NCBI GenBank assembly: GCA_030641225.1
Contig: DAOWHW010000041.1
Coordinates: 1 to 14,988 of the forward strand
Source: an archaeon
GTDB lineage: Archaea > Nanobdellota > Nanobdellia > Pacearchaeales > UBA284
Direction: 5' to 3'
Length of the DNA stretch: 14,988 bases
Made by a program: the position numbers and the translations under genes. Under the pieces are notes generated by a model. The model was not told where the DNA came from. It was given only the letters and a program-made list of their open reading frames with translations, and searched no databases. Shown piece after piece: positions 7,275-14,799 of this stretch (the stretch's first letter is position 1; each line of letters begins with the position of its first letter).

Positions 7275-8558
7275 ATGGCAGAAAAATCAAATTTCAATAT
7301 TGTGTTCATAGGACACGTTGATCATGGAAAAAGTACAGCAATCGGAAGAATGTTTTACGAGACTGGAAAGTTTACTGAGCAAGAACTCCAAAAGATGAAA
7401 GATATTGCAGAAAAGTTAGGCAAGAAGGGATTTGAATTTGCATTTGTTATGGACAGATTTAAAGAAGAACGTGAAAGAGGACTTACTATTGACTTAGCAT
7501 ATAGAAAGATTGTTACACAAAAATATAGTGTAACTGTTATTGATGCACCAGGTCATAGAGATTTTGTTAAGAATATGATTACTGGAACATCTCAGGCAGA
7601 TGCTGCTATACTTGTAATAGCTGTCCAGCATGGTGTTATGGCTCAAACTAAAGAGCACATATGGCTTGCTAGAACAATGGGTGTAAGTCAAATCGCTGTT
7701 CTAATTAATCAAATGGATACAGTTAATTATGACGAAGCAAAATATAAAAAAGTTGTTGAGGATGTCACAACACTTCTTAAAACAGCTGGTTATAAAACCG
7801 ACAGCATGAATTTTATTCCAGCAAGTGCTTTTGTCGGTGATAATATTACAAAGAAATCAGAAAAATTGTCTTGGTATAAAGGTCCAACACTTCTTGAACA
7901 GTTTGATCTTTTTAGTGAACCAAAGAAACCAACAGATATGCCACTTAGGATGCCTATTCAGGATGTTTATAGTATTACTGGAATAGGTACTGTTCCAGTC
8001 GGAAAGATTGAAACAGGAAAGATAAGACCTGGTGATAAAATCATTGTATTGCCAGGAAAAAGTGGAAAAGGCATTAGTGGAGAAGTTAAAAGTGTAGAGG
8101 CACATCATGAACAGCTTTCAGAGGCCATAGCAGGAGATAATGTAGGAGTTAATGTTAGAGGAATAGGAAAACAAGATATTACAAGAGGAGATGTTATTGC
8201 TGGTATAGATAAACCTCCAGCAATTGTTGAGGAATTTACAGCGCAAATAGCAGTAATTAATCATCCAACTGTTATTGCAAAAGGCTATACTCCTGTATTA
8301 CATATTCATACAGCACAAGTACCAGCCCAATTTGTCGAGCTACAAAAAACACTTGATCCAAAAACTGGACAAGTAGCTAAAGAAAATCCAGATTTCCTAA
8401 AAAACGGAGATGTAGCTATAATTAAAATAAAGCCACTTAAACCTCTAGTAATAGAAAAACAATCTGAAAATCCACATATGGCAAGATTTGCTGTAAGAGA
8501 TGCTGGTCAAACAGTAGCTGCAGGAGTCTGTATTGATTTAGTTCCAAAAAAATTCTAG
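7275..8558 (+). CDS. tuf: Translation elongation factor EF-1 alpha (aEF1A)
   Basis: G1 is [10 protein letters not shown]2 is RGLTID, G3 is DAPGHRDF, the G4-like motif is NQMD, and G5 is SAF. The C-terminus [14 protein letters not shown] is typical. I prefer the ATG at 7275 ([21 protein letters not shown]) over the TTG at 7269 used by the ORF track. Confidence 0.93.
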   Translation: MAEKSNFNIVFIGHVDHGKSTAIGRMFYETGKFTEQELQKMKDIAEKLGKKGFEFAFVMDRFKEERERGLTIDLAYRKIVTQKYSVTVIDAPGHRDFVKNMITGTSQADAAILVIAVQHGVMAQTKEHIWLARTMGVSQIAVLINQMDTVNYDEAKYKKVVEDVTTLLKTAGYKTDSMNFIPASAFVGDNITKKSEKLSWYKGPTLLEQFDLFSEPKKPTDMPLRMPIQDVYSITGIGTVPVGKIETGKIRPGDKIIVLPGKSGKGISGEVKSVEAHHEQLSEAIAGDNVGVNVRGIGKQDITRGDVIAGIDKPPAIVEEFTAQIAVINHPTVIAKGYTPVLHIHTAQVPAQFVELQKTLDPKTGQVAKENPDFLKNGDVAIIKIKPLKPLVIEKQSENPHMARFAVRDAGQTVAAGVCIDLVPKKF

Positions 8559-8562
8559 TAAG

Positions 8563-9789
8563 TTAAAAACTTAACAATTCAATTTTGTCTGAAGTTGTTG
8601 CAAAATTTCTTGCCACAATGTATTGACAATTTATTTTTTCTGCAGCTTTGATTATTGAATATGTAACTGTAATATCCATTACTAGGGCAAGAACTTTTTT
8701 ATTTCTCTTTTTCAGCCAATATAAAGTTCTAGTAATTTCACTTGAAGAAACTTTTTTAATAATTTTTAATTCAAAGTCAATCATTAAGATATTTTTTGTT
8801 CCTCTGATTTGGTCAAGATAATCTTTTAAAATATCTTTATCTTGTTCATTTAATTCTCGTGGCTTTTGCTCTTCTTTTTCTATCTTTTCTTCTTTTATGA
8901 ATCTTCTTGTAGTTTTTGCTTTTGTACTTTTAGGCATGATTCTACTTTTTAAATTCTTTTTCATATATTTTTTTATAAATTCATCAATACCTAATTTGTT
9001 TCTCAAACAAATTATTATCTCTTTCTCTGTAAGCTCTTCAACTTCTTTTCCATCAGGAGCTCTTGCAATAAAGTCAATATTTGTAGTATTAATTGCATCT
9101 GTAGCAATAAGTATACCGCCTCTGTCACCATCTACAAATAATACTGCTTCTTTTTTCTTGCTAAGTTCTTTGACAGTTCTTGGGATTACTGTTCCATTCA
9201 TTGCTATAGCATTTTTTAAACTATATCTTAAAAGATTAAGAACATCTGCACGCCCTTCTACTATAATTATTTCTTTTGTTTTATCAATATCAGGACCTGC
9301 AGGCAGTAATTCACGACCATATTCTTTAATTCTAGAAGTTCTTGCATGATTCACGATGTCTCTTTCTATCTCTTTAAGTTCAGGAACATTTCCATTCAGT
9401 TTTTCTAAAAGTTTTTTTGCTCTCTCGACAATATACTCTCTCTTACCACTTCTAACATCTTCAATATTTTTAATTTCAAATTTTGCATCGCAAGGTCCTA
9501 CTCTATCAATAGTTTCAATAGCAGCAGCAATGATTGTAGTTTCAGCTTTATCTATAGAAGTAGGTATCTCTATAGCCCCAATAGTTTTTGATTCCTTAAC
9601 TTCTAGAGTTGCATTTATTCTACCAATTTTACCTTTCTTTTGAAGTTCTCGGAGCTCTAGCTCTTCTCCTAAAAGTCCTTCTGTTTGGCCAAAAATAGCT
9701 CCAATAACATCAGGCTTTTCAACGACACCCTCAGCAACAAACTGAGCATTAATAATATATTTAATTGATGGGGGACTAACTTTTCCCAT
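8563..9789 (-). CDS. dnaG: Archaeal DnaG-type Toprim primase / exosome-associated protein
   Basis: The N-terminus MGKVSPPSIKYIINAQFVAEGVVEKPDVIGAIFGQTEGLLGEELELRELQKKGKIGRI is the conserved archaeal DnaG N-domain. Toprim motifs are IIVEGRADVLNLL and VDGDRGG. I place the start at the ATG at 9789 because GGAGGT lies 5 nt upstream (reverse complement of 9795-9800). The GTG at 9825 in the ORF track adds 12 unconserved residues. Confidence 0.9.
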   Translation of the reverse strand: MGKVSPPSIKYIINAQFVAEGVVEKPDVIGAIFGQTEGLLGEELELRELQKKGKIGRINATLEVKESKTIGAIEIPTSIDKAETTIIAAAIETIDRVGPCDAKFEIKNIEDVRSGKREYIVERAKKLLEKLNGNVPELKEIERDIVNHARTSRIKEYGRELLPAGPDIDKTKEIIIVEGRADVLNLLRYSLKNAIAMNGTVIPRTVKELSKKKEAVLFVDGDRGGILIATDAINTTNIDFIARAPDGKEVEELTEKEIIICLRNKLGIDEFIKKYMKKNLKSRIMPKSTKAKTTRRFIKEEKIEKEEQKPRELNEQDKDILKDYLDQIRGTKNILMIDFELKIIKKVSSSEITRTLYWLKKRNKKVLALVMDITVTYSIIKAAEKINCQYIVARNFATTSDKIELLSF

Positions 9790-9885
9790 TTTTAACCTCC
9801 AAGAAGAATCATTAATACTATCCACACAATCTATTAATTATAAACTATACTAAATTACCAATTTTTTAATAAAATAATTATTGGT

Positions 9886-9993
9886 TGATTAGTCTTTTGA
9901 TATTAATCTTAATGTGATGTGTGAAATGTGATTCCTCTGATATGTTATTTATTTTTTGATTTATTTATATATGATTTTTAATTTTTGATTTAT
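9886..9993 (+). repeat. Same-strand array of eight TGAT(T/A) motifs, including two 11-nt TTTTGATTTAT copies and two AATGTGAT copies, in the AT-rich dnaG-upstream spacer
   Basis: TGAT starts at 9886, 9898, 9915, 9929, 9938, 9957, 9972 and 9986, with spacings of 9-19 nt. TTTTGATTTAT occurs at 9954-9964 and 9983-9993. AATGTGAT occurs at 9911-9918 and 9925-9932. Confidence 0.45.
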
Positions 9994-10080
9994 TATAATA
10001 GTTATAATGGAAAAGAGTATTTAAAGGTTTTGGTGTTATTACTCCTAAATGATTAAAAAAGAAAGATTTTTAAAGCTATT

Positions 10081-10093
10081 TTTATATTTAAAA
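10081..10093 (+). promoter_or_regulatory. Candidate TATA box driving a leaderless transcript of the 196-aa ORF
   Basis: TTTATATTTAAAA is centred about 25 nt upstream of the ATG at 10111, with no Shine-Dalgarno sequence. This is the spacing expected for an archaeal leaderless mRNA. Confidence 0.4.
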
Positions 10094-10110
10094 TAGTGAA
10101 AAATTAAAAA

Positions 10111-10701
10111 ATGAAAGTAACAAAATTACATTATATTTTTTTTAAAAGGAGAAAAGGACCTAAATCAAATATAGATTTCTTAATAGTTCCTAGCTTATTA
10201 GCAAGGGCACTCTGGAACCCAATAGATTACCAAAAAAGAATTAATGGAATTGAATTATGTGATTTTATTGATGATAACTTAATAATAAATATTGAGAAAA
10301 CGAAAGAAGAAAGAAAAAAACTTATCTTGAGATCACCTAAGATAATAGGCTTAAATACAGAAGAAAAAGTACGACTTTTTGTTAAAACAGATTGTTTTGA
10401 AGAATTAATATATAAAGAGTTTGATGGCCACTTAATTAAGCCATTTACACAATACGATTATATTTGTAAGTCTATTGTAGCCTCAACATATCTTAATTTA
10501 TCAAAAAATGACTTTCAAGCATTAAAGAATTCAGGTAAATTAGGTGTTTATAGGTCTTATTATTTATCACATTTTCAGAAGAAGACTAAAGATTTGCATA
10601 CCTTAAAATATCCAAAAAAAAGATGTGGTGCACAATTTTTTTTATTAGAGGAATTAAATAAATTTAGACCAAAAAATCTCCCACAGAAAGTTTTGGATTA
10701 A
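10111..10701 (+). CDS. Hypothetical protein (orphan, 196 aa); possible C-terminal helix-turn-helix-like segment
   Basis: Clean ATG ORF with TATA at the leaderless distance. I recognise no family signature. The segment LNLSKNDFQALKNSGKLGVYRS...GAQFFLLEELNKF loosely resembles excisionase/MerR-type HTH_17 domains, which is weak evidence. The 3' end overlaps the gatD 3' end by 38 nt in convergent orientation. Confidence 0.5.
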   Translation: MKVTKLHYIFFKRRKGPKSNIDFLIVPSLLARALWNPIDYQKRINGIELCDFIDDNLIINIEKTKEERKKLILRSPKIIGLNTEEKVRLFVKTDCFEELIYKEFDGHLIKPFTQYDYICKSIVASTYLNLSKNDFQALKNSGKLGVYRSYYLSHFQKKTKDLHTLKYPKKRCGAQFFLLEELNKFRPKNLPQKVLD

Positions 10702-11950
10702 ATTCGCCAGCCAGATTTTTTGTCATTAATTCTTTAACCTTGTTTTTATTCTTTTCTTTTCCTAAAAGCCAGCCTAATTTTATATAAGCTGTTTCTGGTA
10801 ACATATCTTTAAGAAAGATAACTCCAGCATCTTTGAGTTTTCTTCCTGGAGCATAAACAAGAGGATCTAATGTGCCATAAATAGTTTGAGGAGCAAAGCA
10901 AACTATTATTCCCGATTTAATTAATTTCTTTATTGGCTCAAGCCAAGAATTTTTTTCTTCTGTAGCAACATGTCCTAATCCAGTTGCTTCAATTATTAGA
11001 CCTTTATATTTTTGTTTTTTATAGAAGTCAAGAATATCTGGCAAAGAATTGGGATACCACTTTATTAATGCAATTTTATTGTCGAATGTTGCTTGGCAAT
11101 TAACTTTCTTTTTTTCATCTCTTTTTTTGTATGTAGAATGTTTTTCAATTTTATCTTCCCAAATTGTTGCTATTGGTTTTGTATTAATTGGCCTGAATGT
11201 ATCTCTTCTTGATGTATGCATTTTTCTTGTTTTTGTTCCTCTTAATGCAAAACAAAAATTGTCATTTGTTGTAGCATGTCCTACTAACATGACTTCAGCT
11301 ATATCGCTGATAGCTACCTGAGCTGCACATGTTAGGTTAAGAAGGGCATCAGTACTGCCTCTATCAATACTTCTTTGAGAATATGTTAATACTACTGGCT
11401 TGTTTAGATCTTTAAGCATGAAAGAAAGTGCAGCAGCTGTATAATGAAGAATATCAGTTCCTTGCAAAATAATAATGCCTTTATTTTCTTTTTTATTGAG
11501 CAATTTTTCACATAATTTGGCTAGAGCAATCCAGTGTTTACTATTTAGATTCTCACTGGCAACAAGAAATGGTTTTTCTATTATTGTTATTTTTGCTATT
11601 TCTTGAATTTTTGGTGCTAATGCTATAATGTCTTCTGGTTTTGTTAAAGGCTTGACTCCACCAGTTTCATAATCTATTCTTGAAGTTATTGTGCCGCCTG
11701 TAACAATAATAGCTATTCCAGGAAGATTTGTTTTTGGCTTTTTTGTTTTTGCTTTGAATTCTTGTTTTTTTTCTTTTGTTTTTATTTCTTGGATCTTTTT
11801 AATTTTGTTTTTTTCAATTCCAATGTTATAGCCGCTTGTAAGTTTTAGTAGAATGATTTTTGGATCATAAGAATGTAAAATTGTTCCTTGAATTTCTTCT
11901 GTTGCTGTTGTGATTTTTACTTTTTTTCCTTCTTTTATTCCCTTTTTCAT
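10664..11950 (-). CDS. gatD: Glutamyl-tRNA(Gln) amidotransferase subunit D
   Basis: There is a small N-terminal GatD-specific beta domain (KVKITTATEEIQGTILHSYDPKIILLKLTSGYNIGI). An asparaginase-type domain follows, with IIVTGGTITSRIDYETGGV, ILQGTDILHYTAAALSF, HATTNDNFC, KMHTSRRDTF and EATGLGH. At 428 aa it is typical of archaeal GatD. Confidence 0.88.
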   Translation of the reverse strand: MKKGIKEGKKVKITTATEEIQGTILHSYDPKIILLKLTSGYNIGIEKNKIKKIQEIKTKEKKQEFKAKTKKPKTNLPGIAIIVTGGTITSRIDYETGGVKPLTKPEDIIALAPKIQEIAKITIIEKPFLVASENLNSKHWIALAKLCEKLLNKKENKGIIILQGTDILHYTAAALSFMLKDLNKPVVLTYSQRSIDRGSTDALLNLTCAAQVAISDIAEVMLVGHATTNDNFCFALRGTKTRKMHTSRRDTFRPINTKPIATIWEDKIEKHSTYKKRDEKKKVNCQATFDNKIALIKWYPNSLPDILDFYKKQKYKGLIIEATGLGHVATEEKNSWLEPIKKLIKSGIIVCFAPQTIYGTLDPLVYAPGRKLKDAGVIFLKDMLPETAYIKLGWLLGKEKNKNKVKELMTKNLAGEFNPKLSVGDFLV

Positions 11951-12103
11951 AAAAAAAACTATGAGTTAGAATATAAAAAACTTTCCACATAAAAAATCCA
12001 TTAAAATTATTATTGAATTCTAAAATATATATTAGAAAATAATAGTTAACTTGCAATAATGTATTTAAATAAAAATTACTCTACCTATTTAATTAATTTA
12101 TTT

Positions 12104-12144
12104 AAAATTATTCGACTTTCGGGGGAAAGTCGTCGAATAATTTT
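12104..12144. other. Orphan extended hairpin/palindrome in the divergent gatD-ftsZ spacer
   Basis: The element reads AAAATTATT-CGACTTTC-GGGG-GAAAGTCG-(TCG)-AATAATTTT. It has an 8-bp GC-containing inner stem with a GGGG loop. A 9-bp AT outer stem is separated from it by a 3-nt bulge. TTTTGTT follows on the + strand. A TATA-like TATTTAAATA at 12063-12072 lies about 35 nt upstream. Confidence 0.6.
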
Positions 12145-12190
12145 GTTCTGAATACTTTCTATTTAGTTTTATCTCTTTTTCTTCAATTAA

Positions 12191-12234
12191 AATAAGTCGC
12201 ACACATATTTAAACTTTTCGCTGTGTGGCTTATT
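12191..12234 (+). promoter_or_regulatory. Candidate ftsZ promoter: TATA-like TATTTAAA embraced by an interrupted inverted repeat
   Basis: The element reads AATAAG-tcg-CACACA-[TATTTAAACTTTTCGC]-TGTGTG-g-CTTATT. The TATA-like element at 12206-12213 predicts a transcription start near 12235-12240. That gives a leader of about 40 nt containing AAGGAG (12268-12273) 6 nt before the ATG at 12280. Confidence 0.35.
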
Positions 12235-12279
12235 AATTTAACAAATAAAAAATTGGATAAGAACCAAAAGGAGAGAAAA

Positions 12280-13359
12280 ATGCCTATAGATTTTGCAAAA
12301 GAGGCTGTACAGGGAGCTGACAGATATGGAATTAATTTTGATGAACTTAAAGCAGGAAGGGCAACTATCAAAGTGATTGGAGTTGGTGGAGCTGGTTGTA
12401 ATGCTATAACATGGCTTTTTAACAAAGGTATTCAAGGTGCAAGTGTTTATGCAGCTAATACCGATGCCTTACATCTTTCTGTTAGTAAGGCTGATGAAAA
12501 GATACTCATTGGTAAGGAACTTACAAGAGGACTTGGTTGTGGAGGATATCCTGAAAAAGGTCGTGAAGCAGCCAAAGAAGCTATTGTTGAACTGAAAAAA
12601 GCAATCAGTGGATCTGACATGTGTTTTATTGTAGCAGGAATGGGCGGCGGTACAGGAACAGGCGCATCACCAATTATTGCACAACTTGCCAAAGAAATTG
12701 GGGCAGTTACAATAGGAGTTATAACAATGCCTTTTGAGACAGAGAGAGCTAGAATTGATAAAGCAGAATTTGGACTTCAACAGTTAAGAGAAATTACTGA
12801 TACTGCGATTGTAATTGACAATAATAGACTAGTAGATATTGCAGGAAACCTACCAGTTGAGCAAGCATTTGCCGTAGCAAATGAGCTTATTAGCACAATG
12901 ATTAAAGGTATTGTCGAGACAATAACAGTCCCTAGTTTAATTAACCTAGATTACGCAGATGTAAGCGCAATTATGAAAAACGGAGATGTAGCTGTAATTG
13001 GTATTGGCGAGAGTGACACACAGAACAGAGTAGAAGAAGCAGTGAAACAAGCTTTGTCGCACCCATTACTTGATATTGAGTATAAAGGAGCAACAGGTGC
13101 TTTGATTCATGTCATTTGCGGTGAAGATCTTAAGCTTGAGGAACTCAATAATATTGGTGAATTGATTGTGGAGAATCTAAGTCCAGATGCACAAGTGATT
13201 CTTGGAGCAAGAATTAACAGAGAATTTAAAGGAAGAGTCAGAGTTATCACAATTGTTACAGGAGTAAAAAGTCCTTATGTGCTTGGAAGACCAAAGTCAC
13301 CAGAATCAGTTCCAGTACCAGTAATGTCAGACCTAGGGGTGGAATTTTTCCACAGCTAA
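12280..13359 (+). CDS. ftsZ: Cell division GTPase FtsZ
   Basis: Signatures are IKVIGVGGAGCNA, the tubulin signature GMGGGTGTGASP, NTDAL, and the VITMPFETE T7-loop region. I prefer the ATG at 12280 with its GGAG Shine-Dalgarno (MPIDFAKEAVQG...) over the GTG at 12223 used in the ORF track. Confidence 0.93.
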   Translation: MPIDFAKEAVQGADRYGINFDELKAGRATIKVIGVGGAGCNAITWLFNKGIQGASVYAANTDALHLSVSKADEKILIGKELTRGLGCGGYPEKGREAAKEAIVELKKAISGSDMCFIVAGMGGGTGTGASPIIAQLAKEIGAVTIGVITMPFETERARIDKAEFGLQQLREITDTAIVIDNNRLVDIAGNLPVEQAFAVANELISTMIKGIVETITVPSLINLDYADVSAIMKNGDVAVIGIGESDTQNRVEEAVKQALSHPLLDIEYKGATGALIHVICGEDLKLEELNNIGELIVENLSPDAQVILGARINREFKGRVRVITIVTGVKSPYVLGRPKSPESVPVPVMSDLGVEFFHS

Positions 13360-13424
13360 AAACTAAAAAAAACTAAAAAAATAATTTATTTCATTTCATG
13401 TTCCCCTTAGCCTTTTGGGTTCTC

Positions 13425-13458
13425 GGCTAGCTCTCTCACGAGGGCTAGCCTTTTTTTT
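13425..13458 (+). terminator. GC-rich hairpin followed by T8: intrinsic-terminator-like element downstream of ftsZ
   Basis: GGCTAGCTCTC (13425-13435), loop TCAC, and GAGGGCTAGCC (13440-13450) form an 11-bp stem with one G-U pair. It is followed immediately by TTTTTTTT C TTTTTT. It lies 66 nt after the ftsZ stop, in the convergent gap with the TPR-like gene. Confidence 0.6.
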
Positions 13459-13522
13459 CTTTTTTAGGAAAATTCTAACAAAATAAAATAGAAATATGAT
13501 TCTCTAAAATAATACTTTAAAC

Positions 13523-14125
13523 TTACTCAGCATCTATTAGATTTTTTTGTCTTTCTTCTTCAGCCTTAATTATTGAATCTCTATGCTCTTTCATTTGAGC
13601 AGCCTCTCTTGGATTTCCAATTTTTTCATAAAGGAAAGAAAGTTTATCATAAATTTCAAGAATTGTCTGCATGGGGATTTTTAGTGCCAGCGCTCTTGTA
13701 TAAGCTTTAATTGCTTTAGTATAATGCCTTGCTTTTTCATAATTTTGAGCTTGTTGCAGGTAAAGATTATTTATTTTTTCTTGAAATACTTGCTTCTGTT
13801 CACTTGTTGCAAGAACAACAACTTTTCTAAAATTATCATCTGCATGAAAGTATTCACCTACTTGAAGAAACATGACTCCTGATTTAAAGTAGAGATCTAT
13901 TTTTTCTCTAAATGTTGCTGCTAGATCTGCAGCAATATTATAATTTTTTGCCGCAGTATTATACCATTTCATATTTTTGTGTAATTCTGCCATTAATGAA
14001 AGGGCAAGAATTTTAACTTCAGTTGGCATCCCTTTTTTGATTTCTCCTTCTAGGTATTCTATTTTCCTTTGATTTGTTTGATACTGCCTTATTCCTAAAA
14101 ATAATTCATCTTTTGTTTGTACCAT
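13523..14125 (-). CDS. Hypothetical all-helical TPR-like repeat protein
   Basis: 200 aa with repeated amphipathic helix pairs that have TPR-like spacing (WYNTAAKNYNIAADL, YFKSGVMFLQVGEYFHADDNFRK, AQNYEKARHYTKAIKAYTRALAL, YDKLSFLYEKIGNPREAAQ). I recognise no specific family. It starts 29 nt downstream of the nitroreductase stop, so the two are probably co-transcribed. Confidence 0.5.
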   Translation of the reverse strand: MVQTKDELFLGIRQYQTNQRKIEYLEGEIKKGMPTEVKILALSLMAELHKNMKWYNTAAKNYNIAADLAATFREKIDLYFKSGVMFLQVGEYFHADDNFRKVVVLATSEQKQVFQEKINNLYLQQAQNYEKARHYTKAIKAYTRALALKIPMQTILEIYDKLSFLYEKIGNPREAAQMKEHRDSIIKAEEERQKNLIDAE

Positions 14126-14154
14126 TTTTATTTTGTTTTTTCTTTTTTGGTTTT

Positions 14155-14712
14155 TTAAGCAGGAACTTTTTTTTCTGGTTTAGCTGTTTCTTGCCCCCAT
14201 TCTTCAAAATATAATATCATTTTGAGATCAGGTTTCTTTATTTCTCTTGGCTCTTCCATAGAATTTGCTATTGGTAATAAACATTCAATCTGAATATCAT
14301 CTGGAATTCTTAATATTCTTTTGATAGCATTTTGATCAAAAGCCCCAATCCAACATGATGCAAGTCCGAGATCAGTTGTTTTGAGCAACATATTTTGTAT
14401 AGCTGCACCTGCTTGTTGTCTTGCATAAGCTTCTGCCTTAGTGCTGTAAGTTCTTTTTAGCTGAGCGAGATTAGAACACACAACAATTATATAAGAGGCT
14501 TTAACAATAAATTCTTGGCCAAGAGCAGCTTCACTCAATTCTTGTTTCTTTTTTTCATCAGATACTATAATCAATTTTATTGTATAAATGTTGCCAGCCA
14601 TTGGAGCAAATCTTGCTGCTTCGCATATTTCTGTAATTTGATCAAAAGAAACTTTTTTCATCGAATATTTTCTAATACTATGCCTTTTTCTCATGACATT
14701 ATCAAAGTCCAT
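14155..14712 (-). CDS. Nitroreductase-family flavoprotein (NAD(P)H-dependent oxidoreductase)
   Basis: The N-terminus MDFDNVMRKRHSIRKY is the family R(R/H)SIRKF/Y signature. ARFAPMAGN, the QQAGAAIQNMLL helix and GLASCWIGAFD are also present. I prefer the ATG at 14712 over the TTG at 14733 in the ORF track. Confidence 0.8.
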   Translation of the reverse strand: MDFDNVMRKRHSIRKYSMKKVSFDQITEICEAARFAPMAGNIYTIKLIIVSDEKKKQELSEAALGQEFIVKASYIIVVCSNLAQLKRTYSTKAEAYARQQAGAAIQNMLLKTTDLGLASCWIGAFDQNAIKRILRIPDDIQIECLLPIANSMEEPREIKKPDLKMILYFEEWGQETAKPEKKVPA

Positions 14713-14799
14713 GAAAAATTTAGTAAAAGGCAATATAAAAATTTTATTGTTTTTATAGGAAAAAGAAAAATCTAAAAAAGCCTTCTTCTTTATTTTTTT

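Noticed and set aside
8897-9643. Two sizeable + strand ORFs (150 aa and 95 aa) inside the dnaG locus
   Set aside because: They lie entirely antisense to the well-supported dnaG CDS. Their products are low-complexity, Ser/Phe/Ile/Leu-rich strings, as expected from reading a Lys/Glu-rich AT-biased gene backwards. There are no start-site signals.
9790-9825. The 12-codon N-terminal extension of DnaG from a GTG, and similar track-suggested alternative starts (ftsZ GTG 12223, tuf TTG 7269, nitroreductase TTG 14733, asnS TTG 104)
   Set aside because: Internal ATGs coincide with the conserved family N-termini and with Shine-Dalgarno or TATA signals. The extensions are unconserved-looking and begin at non-ATG codons. 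For asnS the frame is simply open to the window edge.
11865-12056. 63-aa minus-strand ORF spanning the gatD start region
   Set aside because: It starts at TTG, overlaps the gatD 5' end out of frame, and its product is low-complexity (Asn/Phe/Arg-rich). No promoter logic.
12183-12692. Three minus-strand ORFs (80, 65 and 81 aa) overlapping the ftsZ 5' region
   Set aside because: They are antisense shadows of ftsZ. For example, PVPVPPPIP is the reverse reading of the GGGTGTG tubulin signature. No independent support.
13360-13385. Short tandem AAAACTAAAA(A) repeat right after the ftsZ stop
   Set aside because: There are only two imperfect units in A-rich DNA. This is most likely compositional and has no structure.
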